Source: Felis catus (Eukaryota). From it: a DNA stretch of 64,000 nt. Under the pieces are notes generated by a model. That model saw only the letters and a program-made list of their open reading frames with translations, did no database searches and was not told the DNA's origin. This document shows positions 12,887 to 25,828 of the stretch, one piece after another; the stretch's first letter is position 1, and each line of letters opens with the position of its first letter. Both the position numbers and the translations under genes were made by a program. The stretch is from positions 221,342,001 to 221,406,000 of the forward strand of contig NC_058368.1 in assembly GCF_018350175.1 (NCBI RefSeq), written 5' to 3'.

Positions 12887-15800
12887 AAGAAGGATCCAAA
12901 TCTCTTCTTTGAAGGAAAACAGATTCTTTCCTATAATATCCTGAGGAAACTGTACATTTAGATATACTTTCTATAATCTACCACCTTACCCACCAATAAA
13001 AGAAAAGGGAGTTACCAACATCCCATCCCATCCCTTACTTTCTGGAACCCAGATTACCAAAGATTACTATTTTAGTATTAGACATGTTTCCTCCAGTGAG
13101 ATGGAAATGATTTTCTTGAGTCATGTTAGAAATTATTTTTTGCTTGTTTGTTCAGAGCAAGGCAAACAGAGTGATCAGATTTTGAAATACTGATTCTGTT
13201 CATACCATAAATGGACGCGTGATAGTTTTCAAACTACTTAGCATAAGCACAACAGGGGATGTTTCTAATACGCAGGGTTCTAATATGATAGATGTCTAAG
13301 TTTAACCCATGCCAATTTCAGGCCAGAACATGGCATTAAACAGCAAGCCTTTCTCTATCAGCTCCTGCCTATATGTCTCAGCAACTTGACAAAAACACAA
13401 ATTGTGCACAAAAAACAGCTCACTCAAATCTTTCGTTAACTTATCATCCTTGTTTTTTTTTCCCCAAATCAGATCTCCAAATAGAAAGGAGATACAGATA
13501 GAAACATAGACACGAAACTTCATTTTTCTTATATGGTAACATTATTTTGAAGAGGCATCAGGTAAATTATATATATATATATAAAATGCATTCAGCATTA
13601 ATACTGTAACTGTATACTTATATTCATATATAATTTTTAAATGGATAGTATTTACCCTGGATATTTTTCACTCCTCTAATAGGCAGTAAGATTTTTGCTA
13701 ATTCCCCTGTCCTCAAGACAAAACAAGAAAGATTTGGATATTTGGATAGGAGACATAGACACATTTGCATGTATTGTCAATGAACCAGAATATGGATCTG
13801 GCTTTTACATAACAATGAAACATTTTAATCACAGAATCCAAGGAGATCGTCTTATTGTACAGTAAAATCCAAAATTACATCTGAGAATACCCAGAGAGTC
13901 ATAATTAAATAGAAGTTACACATAACTCTCCACACATCATCCAAGGTTAATTTAGTTGCCTGGGTAGAATGTGAACATTCAATACTCAAACATTCAAACA
14001 TGTGCTAAACCATAGAGCCTGACATTGAGAATTGCTATATCCCAGAAAAGAACTGAGCATGGTTCTTTAGAAACCCATTAATAATTATTATCTCGGTAAG
14101 TTTTTCAGAACATACCATTATAAAGAATCTCAAACCCGCATTAATTTAAAACAAATTTACTGTATATTTTACATAGTATCGTATACCTTATATACATGCA
14201 ATATTATGCATTTTATTAAATTAATTATATTATGAAAAATTTATATTTATAAATGTAAATTGGCATTTATATTATCAAATTGAAGCCTCTTTTTGAGTTC
14301 ACTTAACAAAAATAATATCAGAACACCTAGAGGAATATTAATGAAACCTAATATTTGATGTTCTTTGGATTATAGGTAAAAGCCACCAAAACCACCAGAC
14401 TTAGGGCAAAAGGAAAATGTTATTATAAGGATGTAGGGACGTGCCGTGGGATCCAAAGGCAGAAATGTGGCCATGTATCTGAAAGGTAGAACAAAGTGTT
14501 AGAGGAGGAACCAGAGGCTCTTTGTCTTTTATGTGTGCTGCTGTCTGTAACCGGCTTCATTGTTCTCCCATCGCCTACCACCTTCATTTGTTTCTGATCT
14601 CATAGTGGGTTGAATGCTAACTCAGGGACGAGGGTAAGGTCTCTTCCACTGCAGGGCTTGTTCAACTTTCAGATTCTCCTTGAAGGTCCACCTGATTATT
14701 AAAACAAATTGTATTTCTCTTTCCCCTTTAATGTCTAATGAGTCACCCAGGGACTTTCTAACTCTCAGGGATAGGAAAGTAAAGCCTTAAGTGTAAACTG
14801 CATTACATCTCAAATGTGTATCACCAAATTCAGAATACATGTAAACAATAGCTTTGTTAAAACTGATTCAAAATATCTTTGCTCACAAACAACCAAATTC
14901 AGCCACCTGTGTGGTCATTTCAACTCCAATGGAGAAATTAACCCTTACTGCAAATTATTGACTCACTACTTGACCCAAGAGGGGAAAAAAAGTGAGATTT
15001 ATTTGTTGAAAATGCTGTGTAGACTAACTTCTTTCTATGAGAAGGTTTCTGTTACATTCATCATTCTTGACATCTGGCTTCACATTTCTTGTATATTTCA
15101 CAACACATGGATATTACTTTTTGTTCCTCACCTTGACCATTTAACATTATTGCAGAAGATGAAACCTGACTCTGCTTTTCTTTAACCTTGTGTGTCTAGA
15201 ATTCCATTTTATACTTTTAGGTTTATGTAGTAGAAGTGCTATCAGGTAAAGAATGGCCCGTCTACTTTAGGTGCCAGCCAAGATGGATGGCTTGTCTTAG
15301 ATGATACATACTTTTTTCAAGCCAATTGAGTGTCTGATTAATTGAAGGGGGAAAATTATTGCAAAAATTGCTAGCATGCCATTTATTCTCCTTCTGTTTT
15401 GCGTGACTTGCCTTTGTGAGAATTACATTTTTGATTTGATTTCTAGCTGTATTGTTTTGTCCAGAGCATTACATCTAAGACATTTTGATTCTGCCGAAAT
15501 TGGGAAGTAAAGTGAAAGATAAGGCACAGAAAGAAATCTCTGAGGCTGCAGAAAATAAACAACTAATAAGGCATATTAGAAAGTGAGCTAAGAATATTTA
15601 TATTGTCAAGATGGTATAAAGTTTCTTATTGGTGTTATATGATATATGATCAGAATAATTACAGGGGTAAAGGGAAAATTATAAACATAATTCCAAGAAG
15701 AGTCTATGCGTGTTTATGTGATATATGCCTACATATATACAGGAACGTCACCTTCGTTCTGAGGCAAGAGAGAGCCTGATACATAGGGACTTTCAAGAAA

Positions 15801-17211
15801 TAACTGATAAATAAATAAAGAACCTGACCATCTTTGAATAGCCGTTTCAAAATTTTTCAGTATATAGTGAAAGAAAAAAAGGCAAATTTTTAAAAATAGG
15901 ACTCTTTAACACCAGCAAATTAACTTTGATAACAAGAACAAAATTGTAAAAACTAGATTTTTCCTTCAAATGCAGGTTGATATAGGGTTTGTATAACTCC
16001 ATACAATGCTAACGCATGCGTTCGACAGATATTTATTAAACATTACTCAAGTGTTCAGCAAAGTGCTAACAGTTTTGGTGTTGATTCTCATAGTACCCTG
16101 AAATAATTATTTATTTTCATGTTTTTACCTATGGGAACATGACTCAGTGTATCTCTTCCAAAATTACACTGAATGAGTCCAATATTGGCAAGGACCATGA
16201 ATTAAAATATTAAATCAATGTATGTTCAGACTTCCTACTTGTAACCATTCATATGCATGATATTCTGAAGTTGAGCTATGAATAAACAAAGAACATATAT
16301 ACTTGACTTACAAATCTCCACTGATTTTATAAGTCTTGGAATAAATTCTTACTCCTGTAACCATGACCAAGCTGTTTTTTTTTCAGGAAAAACAATTTAT
16401 TTTTCTAATTTTTAAAACTAATGGTCATGATAGTTCTAAAATACATTTTCCTCTATTATTATTCAAGCAGAGAAATATTTGTGTTCTTACAAAATATCAT
16501 TGCCTCTCCCATTTTGAGTGAAGTCTAGTTAATTTTTTGGTGACTTTATTCTACTACTTTATAAGATAAATAACATTTTTCAATGCATCCTATTTCAGTC
16601 TCAAAAAAGACTTTAAAATATAATTATTCATTAGTTTTCTTTCTTTAACTTTAATAGTACTTCCTTCCTTTCATTTTGTTTTTCATTTCTCATCTTATAT
16701 TTTTTGTCCTTTGTCTTTATTCTTTTTGTCTTATTTTCTTTTTCTCCCCCACCTCCTCTTCCATCCCTTGTTTCTTTCTTTCTTTCTTTTTTTCCCCTCT
16801 CATCCCTTGTTTCTTTTCTGTTCACATTTTTTAAAGCAAATCCTTAAATAGAATATGGTTAAGTCGTGGCAGGCTGACTCTAAGCTGTGTCTCAATCATC
16901 CCCACCTCCTGAAACTCACACCTTTCATGAAATCCTCTCCTTGTGAGTGTGGGCTGACACAAATTTGTTTCCAGCCAAGAGACTATGGTGAAAGTTTTGG
17001 CATGTAATTCTCATAATTAAGTTACAGAACATTGTGACTTACACTTGCTGGAAGAATCTCTCTACTGTCTATTTGGCTTCCTTGCTTTGATATAACAAAC
17101 TTCCATGCCATAGGGGCCCACATGACAAGGAACTGATGGTGCCTTTCTGCTAACAGCAAGCAGAAACTGGAGCCATTAGTGCAGTGTCCCGCAAGAAACT
17201 CAGTTGTTCCA

Positions 17212-17456
17212 GGGCATCTGGGTGGCTCATTTGGCTGAGCATCTGCCTCCTGGTTTGAGCTCAGGTCATGATCTCCTGGTTTCTTGAGTTTGAACCCCGC
17301 ATCAGGCTCTGTGCTGGCAGTGTGAAGCCTGCTTGGGATCCCCTCTCTCTCCCTCTCTCTCTCTGCACCTTCCCCACTTGTGCTGTCTCTGTCTCTCTCA
17401 AAATAAAAATAAAAATAATAACAATAAATAAATAAAACTTTGAAAAAAAGAAAAAA
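17212..17456 (+). mobile_element. Can-SINE inserted in the MLT1 LTR
   Basis: SINE head, CT tract and tail; TSD aagaaactcagttgt at 17193-17207 and 17457-17471. Confidence 0.95.
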
Positions 17457-17489
17457 AAGAAACTCAGTTGTGCCAAAAAGCAGGTGAGT

Positions 17490-17537
17490 TTGGAAGTAGA
17501 TCTTTCCCTAGTTTTGGAAGTAGATCTTTCCCTAGTT
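17490..17537. repeat. Perfect 24-bp tandem duplication
   Basis: ttggaagtagatctttccctagtt x2. Confidence 0.95.
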
Positions 17538-18275
17538 CAGTCTGAAAATAAGACAGCATAGGTAACTAATATCTTGGCTCTCGGGTAAAAGGGGACCCAG
17601 CTAATCTGTGCCTAGATTGCCGACCCAAAGAAATTATAAGCTAGTATCTATTATTTTATCTTAAGTTTTGTGGTGATGTTTAAGGCAGCAACAAATAACA
17701 AATATGTAAGTTTTTCTGTGCTACTTGCTACATTTTCCCTTATATCATATTTTTAAAAGATAAATAGTCCTTGAAAGACATCTATTAAAATCTATTTGGT
17801 AGAGGCAAAGAGAAAATGTTCATGCACCATGATGCTTTAAATTTTTAAGTTCTTTTTTGTACTCAGTGTTAGCTTGAACATCAACTTGATTACCAGTAAA
17901 AAATATATATAGTCAGGAACTCAGTTTCTATATTAAACATGTACAAAATGAACAGTTTTTATTTTGAATGGTAGAGTATTGTAGTTTATATAAACCTGAT
18001 TGTGAATTCTGTGTGCATCACAACCGATTATAATCGCATTCTTAATTCAGAGGTGCATCATTTTTGCTCCCATACTATGTGTTTGTATGTGTATTATTAT
18101 GCTATAAGGAAACAATTTTATCTTTCATGTTGAATTTTAAAACTAAATTTCCAATTATATCAGATATGTTACCTATAGCAATTGACTTTTTGAAATTTGT
18201 GATACCATGGACTGGATAGAAATATTGAATTCTTAATTGGCATGAGTGAATTTTCTATTTGCAGCACGTAGCAAT

Positions 18276-18380
18276 CAAGGCTGGGACGAGGGTGAGTCAA
18301 GTGAGGGGTTTTAAAGCACAACATCTAGGGAGACACTCACTCTAATAGCCATGCAGGTGCCAACGTTGCATTTGCTCATT
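18276..18380 (+). mobile_element. MER53-like hAT MITE, partial
   Basis: 'caaggctgggacgagggtgagtcaagtgagg...gacactcactct...gcaggtgccaacgttgcatttgc' follows the MER53 left arm as recalled. Confidence 0.6.
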
Positions 18381-18645
18381 TAACGGCCAAGATCTTTTTC
18401 TGTTATATGGTCAATAATCAACTACCATTGCTTCACCTTTGGTACATGTATCAGAGATTGTAAAATTAAAAAGACTGTATTTAATTTAGAAGAAGTGTTT
18501 TTTAGTAAAATACAGACTTGTTCACAAAGAAATGTATAAATATATCTTTTGTGGCTGTATACTTTACCGGTAGTCTTGGAGCATAATCTTCTTAAAAAGT
18601 ACTGCTAACTTTTCTGTTAACGCCTCTCGTACAAATTTTCGTCTA

Positions 18646-18793
18646 GGGGCGCCTGGTGGCTCCATCTGTTAGGCATCCAACTTTGGCTCAGGTCTTGATC
18701 TCATGGCTCCTGGGTTAAGTTCCTGCTCCAGCTCAGAGCCTGGAGCCTGCTTCGGATTCTGTGTCTCCCTCTCTCTGCCCCTCCCCTGCTCAT

Positions 18794-18843
<50 letters not shown>

Positions 18844-18876
18844 AAAAATAAATAAACATTAAAATACTTAAAAAAA
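18646..18876 (+). mobile_element. Can-SINE with a small internal deletion
   Basis: Head 'ggggcgcctggtggctc', long (CT)n and tail; lacks the gagccccgcgtcgggctctg segment. Confidence 0.93.
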
Positions 18877-19371
18877 TTTTGTCCTACCTTTTCCATGTTA
18901 CAGTATTGTAAAACCCATGGCAGATGTTGGACAAATATTTTGTGCCAATTTTATATTCATCAGCACCTTTCTCAATAAATAAAATCTGATACTTTCTTTT
19001 TCACTAAATACGTACATATTCAACTTATTGATGCCGGATGGCTTATTGTAATTTTTAAAATGTGTAACCAAACATAAAACAAATACAGATTTAGATCTTA
19101 CAGTAAATGAATAAGCCATATGGAAGGGACATATCCATCAGGAACCATATCTGATCTGTTCAAATTATTTTATTTTTGACGTGTCTCTTCTTTATTATTT
19201 AGCCCCTATTTCATTCACTTATTTGATTGATCTGTAATTTTACACTTTTCCCACTGACCGCTCCAATGAGCAGCCTGCCTAGTTTGCTGCATGGGGTTGT
19301 CGATAACTGCATGTGCATCAAATACCTGTGCACCATCACTGGAGACCGGTAAGAGTACATACCCATGTATA

Positions 19372-19587
19372 TTTTTAAAAATGATTTTAATGTTTATTTA
19401 TTTATTTACTTATTTAGAGACAGAGCATGAGTGGGGGGTGGGGAGAGAGGGAGACACAGAATCTGAAGCAGGCTCCAGGCTCTGGGTTGTCAGCACAGAG
19501 CCCGACGCGGGGCTCAAACTCATGGACTGCGAGATCATGACCTGAGGCAAGTAGGACACTCAACCGACCGAGCCACCCAGGCGCCCC
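19372..19587 (-). mobile_element. Can-SINE (SINE A)
   Basis: Ends 'agccacccaggcgcccc'; no clean TSD. Confidence 0.95.
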
Positions 19588-21811
19588 ATAAACCCCACTT
19601 TTTTTAACATTACATTGTTCCACAAAAACCTGAATACTATTTAGTAGATGAAAGTTCATTGTTTACTGGTTTTTCTGTAACTGTAATTTCCATTTCTACA
19701 GTATCATGTTTTCATAGCTGTTCATGTGTGTGCATTGAAAATATCATATATAACATATGTAACAAGATGCAGTGTCTTTTGTGACTTTGTTTTTAATGAT
19801 GAAATATTTAATCAGATATAACCAACATTTTTTTGCCTTTTAGAGTTAGAGAAATCATACATGCTAAATCAGTATAAACAATATATAGAAAAAAAAACTT
19901 TTTCATCATCCCAATATAATGGAATAAATTGTAGCAAATTACCATCCAAGTTTAGTTGACTCGTCATTTGTTCATAGGAAATTAATAGGAAAAACAAAAA
20001 TCATTAAAAATAATTTTAAATAACATTTATAACATCAGATATTAGTATATGTAGCTTCACCAAGGCATAACTTCTGTTAGTACAAAAACCTACTAAAAAC
20101 CTACTAAAACCTATTAAAAGTAATATGCAAAGCTTACATATTATGTAACTGTCATAGACCTTAAAATATCCACTCAATCTGACTTGTGCTTCTTGTTTAA
20201 TTTATATTACTTTTCAGGTGTTTCCAGGTTTTTGTCAGAATCCAAGAATTTGTATGGGTGATGAAACATATGAATATTTAGGACAGATAAATATTTATAC
20301 ATATTACAAATATGTAAATATTTGTCTATAAGTATGAATATAATATATATCAAATCCATATGCGTGACTACATTTTTTGCCAGCTATTTTAAACAAGGAT
20401 TCAAGAAACTTGAAGTGGAAATATTTTAATTTGTCTATAACTTACGCTGTTTAGCATCCTTGGAGATACACCCAAAGAGTTTGTAAACTCATTTAAAGAG
20501 ACTCTAACAATGATTTTACAGTTCTTCTGATGCGATTTTAGCTTACTCTGGTCTCTTTAGATAACATAATGACCCTTACAGCTACCTTTCCTCCTGTTCT
20601 TTGGAAAGCAAAATCATTTAGTCTTCTAAAGTAGGATAGGAAAATATGCAACCAGAGGGTGAGGTATATGTTTCATAATCCATCAAAAATGATGTATATC
20701 AAGATCGAAGCTAGAAAGAACCAAATCCTGAGTAATAATGTGTATGTTGTATTTAAGAAAGAAGATATTCTACATAAGTGAATTTTCAGATAACATGAAT
20801 TTATCCTTTCAAGTACCAAGATCTCGCTAACAAAAAATATGGGTGGAAAGATTCTCAAATGCCTTGTACTCCCCTACTTCTCTTTCAGCAGAGTCAGGTG
20901 ATTTGTGTCTTGTCATTTATGTAACTCAGCATTTTGCAAGGAGGGAGAGTTAGATACTCATTTGAACACTGTCTACATTGTCTCATTTATTTGATTCATT
21001 TTCCCATCCTTCTGGCTGACACAGGTTCAGTAGTTAGGCCAGGTGGTAGAGGCAGCAAATCTTCAATAGAATGTAAAGTGTTGGCAAAATCAACAAAGCT
21101 CAAACCTTAAATGTCACACTAGCATTTTCTTTGGCCTCATTATTTTACATTACTCAATTAAACGAGAAGTGAGTCGGTGTGTGCATTACTGATTTCTGGG
21201 ATCATGTGTTTTATTCTTAATTACAATATATAAAATATCCTCTTCTTTTTATTGAGGAGTATCGTACTGTTCTATCATTTGCTGTTTAGCGATTAAGTTA
21301 ATAAATATTCTTTCTTCTCACCTGTTTTTAAGTAAAATGCCCCATTTTTCAGTTTCACAGTCAAGTACCCACATGCCAACCATTAGAAAAGTGCAACCTC
21401 TATTTCTGGAAGGTCATTCCTATAGGTTTTAATATCGAACTAACCTGGTGGGCTGCCCACCTGTGTCCAGGATGGGGGAGGGAATTCCGTATGGCACTAC
21501 TCTAGTAGGGTATTTTATCAGAGCATCTGTCTTTCGTGAAAGTCGCTGGCTAAGGTGTGCCTGGGAGAAAGTCTCTCAGAGAAGAACTTCCCAGGCATGA
21601 TGACCTGCCCTGCCCACGACCTTCCCAGGATATGTGCACTGATGGAAGATTTCTACCAAACAAGCCAGGACATCCACAACCCAGGTTCCAAGTCAGTGGG
21701 TTCTGGGATCTGTCACCTGAGTGGTTGGTGACAGCAGCACCATTATCTAGGGCGGGAGCCAGTTTGCACGCCACTGAGAGTATACTTGGCTGAGACATAC
21801 AGATTATTGTA

Positions 21812-21935
21812 GGGGAGCCTGGGTGGCTTAGTCTGTTAAGCATCCGACTCTGGATATCTGCTAGGTCATGATCTTGCGGTTGTGAGATCGAGTCCTGCTT
21901 TGGGCTCTGTGCTGACAGTGTGGACCCTGCTTGGG

Positions 21936-21990
<55 letters not shown>

Positions 21991-22016
21991 TAAAATAAAT
22001 AAACAAACATTTAAGA
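21812..22016 (+). mobile_element. Can-SINE
   Basis: 'ggggagcctgggtggcttagtctgttaagcatccgactct', (CT)n and tail. Confidence 0.95.
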
Positions 22017-22224
22017 AATGTGCGTTATTGTTACAAGGAAGCAAACTAGCTTTGGCAGGGCTGTGTGGCAAAGCTTAATGGCAATAGTTGGGGAGAAGTT
22101 TTCAAAGTTTATTGTCCAAGTGGTGGTTTCTGGGATCAATGTGCTACTTCAGCAGGCAATAGGAGTGTCAAGGATAAGGGACCACGGAGACCTCAGTAAG
22201 ACTACAAACACTGGAAACTCAACT

Positions 22225-22425
22225 TCTTGAGTTGAAATTCTGTCTGTATAGTTAAGTTTCCCAATCCTGGGTGAGCAGTTTAATTTTTACCTTTTTTCTC
22301 ATCTATGAAATGTGCATAATATGTGCAACTAAACTCATAGGATGGTTGTGAGATAGATTGTTGAAATAAAGTATCACAACAGCACCTGATACATCATAAT
22401 TATTAAGTAAATATACTTATTATGA
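22225..22425 (+). mobile_element. MIR relic
   Basis: 'tttctcatctatgaaatg...actcataggatggttgtgaga...aacagcacctgatacat'. Confidence 0.65.
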
Positions 22426-23532
22426 TGATTATTTGATCAGATGTAGCACTTCTAGTGTTAATGTTCATTTGCAGAGTGAATGATTATTTATGCTTATGGC
22501 AAGTAAGTGATTCTTTCAGTACGTATCACTTACGTGATGAATTACAGATTATAAATCTTCCATCAAGAGCATGGGTTGTAACAAGTGTGGCTGTGCTGTT
22601 GTTTCTTTTGACACCAGTATGAATTTATGCCAAAATAGATACCCCCAAACACATAATATTAGTTCAAAAATGTTTGAACTGATAAACACATCTTATGGCC
22701 ATTTTTTGGCTGATTTATTTTTATTCTCCTACACTTCAAAAATTATTTATATTCAAATTTAAGATACATTAGGAGGTTTCTTTTATCAACTGTCTTCTGA
22801 ATCTTTCTTTTAATCTCCAGATGGTCTAAAGATACTGCTTACACTTTGTAGGATGAAGGGAATCATTCCAATGGCAGTCAGAAAGTACAATGATGCTTTT
22901 TGAATAACTTAATTTCAGAACACTTAAAGCATGATTAATACGATCTTAGTCTAAATTACTTCAATTATTAAGAATAATGAATGTGGCCTAAACTCTATGT
23001 TCAATTCCAAGAAGAGTTGTTGTCATAGTGAAGATCTGTAAAATAATATCCCTTTACAGTTCTCCGTATTTCATTATATGTTAATTTTAAGTATGAAATA
23101 CATTTACTCTGCAGGGTGCTTCTTTGTCATGGTGAAAAGAGCAAAGTGAACAAAAAATTAGATGCAGGGATTTCTCTTCATCTCAATTAAGTATCACACC
23201 AGGAGTTGGGATTAAGGGGGAAGAGGAGTAGGGGGACCCTAAGCTTGCCTCATCCCTCAAACACAGCTAGATAATTGATCTGATGACTGAGAGAGCAATT
23301 GCTCATCTACACGTAGAAAAACAGCCACATCATGGAATGCAGTAGCTGCAGAGAGGAGATTTGGGGGAGAAAAGAATTGCAGGTGCTGCAGAGGGGAGGG
23401 TAGCCCTGGTCGCGGAATGCGGAACAGGAAAGAGGAAGAGCGAAAGCAGTGTGAGCAGGGGACTGCAGAAGAAAAACTCTTACCCAGAAACATTGACTGG
23501 GAAGAGGAGAGGGGCTGACTACCACAAGTTTA

Positions 23533-23724
23533 TTTTTTTTTAGGTGTGTTTATTTATTTTGAGAGAGAAAGAGAGAGATTGGGGGAGGGGCAGAGAGAGG
23601 GAGAGCGAGAGTATCCCAGGCACTGAAGGTGTGGAGCCTAACACAGGGCTCCAATTCACAAACCATGAGATCATGACATGAGCTGAAGCCTGATGCTTAA
23701 CCAACTGAGCCACACAGGTGCCCC
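23533..23724 (-). mobile_element. Can-SINE inserted in the L1 5' UTR
   Basis: Ends 'ctgagccacacaggtgcccc'; degenerate TSD caagttt. Confidence 0.9.
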
Positions 23725-24718
23725 AACCCCAAGTTTTTATGAGCAGCAGGGCTCAAGTGTGAAGTATTAGAAGTGGGGTCATGCCTGGTGGGCTTAGCAG
23801 GGCTTCTGTGGGAAAGAAGGGCAGAGGCACGGGAGTAGGAAGCATGGTCTGTGGATCCACTGGGTCACATGGGAAAAATAGTTTTTCTTCTTAGAGTGCA
23901 TTTGGGAGTAGTGCCATAGCCTCTTCTGGTATAAAAGAGCTAGCAGGTGCCATACTAAAACATGTCATAGTCAAATTCACAAAATACACAGTCAAGGAAA
24001 AAATCATGAAAACAGCAAGGAAAGAAAAGTTCTTAACTTACAAGGGAAGACAAATCCGGTTCACTGCAGATCTGTCCACAGAAACTTAGCAGGCCAGAAG
24101 GGAGAGACATGATATATTCAACTTGCTGAATGGGAAGATTATGAAGCCAAGAATACTTAATCCATCAGGCTTGCCATTCAGCATAGAAGGAGAGATAAAG
24201 ACTTTTCCAGGAAAACAAATCTAAAAAAGTTTGTGACCACTAAACCAGACCTGCAAGAAAAAGGGGACTCCTTTAGTGGGAGAGAAAGACTAAAAGCAAA
24301 GAGACTAGAAAAGAACAGAGAAAACTTCCAGAAACACCAACTTTACAGGTAACACAATAACACTAAATTCATATCTATCAAACATTCAGAATGTAAACGG
24401 ACTAAATACTCCAATCAAAAGACATAGGGTATCATGATGGATTAAAAAAAAAAGACCCATCTATCTGTTGCCTACAAGAGACTCATTTTAGACCTAAAGA
24501 CGACTACAGATGGAAAGTGAGAGGATGAAGAACCATTTATCATGCTTATGGACATCAAAGGAAACCTGGAGTAGCCATACTTATCTCAGGCAAAGTCCAT
24601 TTAAAACCAAAGACTATAACAAGAGGTGAAGAAAGACACTGTATCCTAATTAAGGGATCTATCCATCAAGAAGATCTAACAGTTGTGAATATTTATGTCC
24701 CCAACGTTAAGCACCAAA

Positions 24719-24720
<2 letters not shown>

Positions 24721-24752
<32 letters not shown>
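24721..24752. repeat. (TG)n inside L1 ORF2
   Basis: 16 TG units. Confidence 0.95.
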
Positions 24753-24758
<6 letters not shown>

Positions 24759-25400
24759 CATTAATCAGAACAAACTCATGTATACAGTAATAGTAGGGGA
24801 CTTTAACACCCTGCTTGTAGCAATGAGCAGATTATCTAAGCAGAAAATCAACAAGGAAACATCGGCTTTGAATGAGACACTTGACCAGATAGACTTAACA
24901 GATATAATCAGAACATTTCATCTTAAAGCATCCTAAAGCAAAAGAAACATATTCTTTTCAAGTGTACAACGAACATTCTCCAGAACAGATCACAAACTGG
25001 GTCACAAGTCAGGCCTCAACAAGTACAAAAAGATTGAGATCATACCACGAATATTTTCAGATCACAATGCTTTGAAACTAGAGATCAACCACAAGAACAA
25101 AATTGGTAAGACCACAAATCCATGGAAGTTAACATCCTAATAAAGAATGAATGTGTTAACCAAGAAAGTAAAGAAGAAATAAAGTACATGGAAGCAAATG
25201 AAAATGAAAACACAACAGTGCGGAACATTTGGGATGCAGTAAAGACAGTCCTGGGAGGGTAGTATGTTGAAATACAGCTCTCTCAAGAAGCAAGACTAGT
25301 CTCAATATACAAACTAACCTTACACCTAAAGAAGCTAGCAAAAGAATAGCAAATAAAGCCTAAAGCCAGGAGAAGAAGGGTAATAATAAAGATTAGAGCA

Positions 25401-25608
25401 GGGGGTTGCCTGGGTGGCTCAGTCAGTTAGGTGTCCAACTTTGGCTCAGGTCATGATCTGATGATTTTATGAGTTTGAGCCCTGCGTCGGGCTCTGTGCT
25501 GACAGCTCAGAGCCTGGAGCCTGCTTCGGATTCTGTGTCTCCCTCTCTCTCTGCCCCTACCCTGTTCATGCTCTGTCTCTCTCTGTCTCTCAAAAATGAA
25601 TAAATGTT
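25401..25608 (+). mobile_element. Can-SINE (host of a nested SINE)
   Basis: 'gggggttgcctgggtggctcagtcag'; its tail resumes at about 25846-25860. Confidence 0.95.
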
Positions 25609-25828
25609 GGGGCGCCTGGGTGGCGCAGTCGGTTAAGCATCCGACTTCAGCCAGGTCACGATCTCGCGGTCCGTGAGTTCGAGCCCCGCGTCAGGCTCTG
25701 GGCTGATGGCTCAGAGCCTGGAGCCTGTTTCCGATTCTGTGTCTCCCTCTCTCTCTGCCCCTCCCCCGTTCATGCTCTGTCTCTCTCTGTCCCAAAAAAA
25801 ATAAATAAATGTTGAAAAAAAAATTAAA
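25609..25828 (+). mobile_element. Young CpG-rich Can-SINE nested in the tail of the preceding SINE
   Basis: Perfect 17-bp TSD aaaaatgaataaatgtt at 25592-25608 and 25829-25845. Confidence 0.98.

Larger units (their letters stand above)
16863..17704 (+). mobile_element. MaLR solo LTR (MLT1E/F-like), split by a SINE
   Basis: Start 'gtggcaggctgactctaag...atcatccccacctcctg...gagtgtgggctg'; end 'taagttttgtggtgatgtttaaggcagcaacaaataac'. Confidence 0.8.
23216..25400 (+). mobile_element. Carnivore LINE-1 remnant: 5' UTR, ORF1 C-terminus and ORF2 endonuclease region; internally deleted and 3'-truncated
   Basis: 5' UTR 'gaggagtagggggaccctaagcttgcctcatccctcaaacacagctagataa'; ORF1 'catagtcaaattcacaaaatac...cttacaagggaagac'; ORF2 EN motifs CCLQETH and IVGDFNT (ORF 24685-24936); many stops and frameshifts. 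Confidence 0.9.

Noticed and set aside
18276..18380. Possible miR-1302-type hairpin derived from MER53
   Set aside because: Only about half of the palindromic element is present, so the long hairpin cannot form.
19274..19348. Possible 75-bp exon (cag|...ccg|gtaaga) overlapping the duplicated donor
   Set aside because: Weak polypyrimidine tract, no recognisable peptide and no partner exons.
21440..21800. GC-richer stretch overlapped by 78-aa and 173-aa ORFs
   Set aside because: No recognisable protein, and the longer ORF runs through a SINE; probably an old LTR relic that I cannot name.
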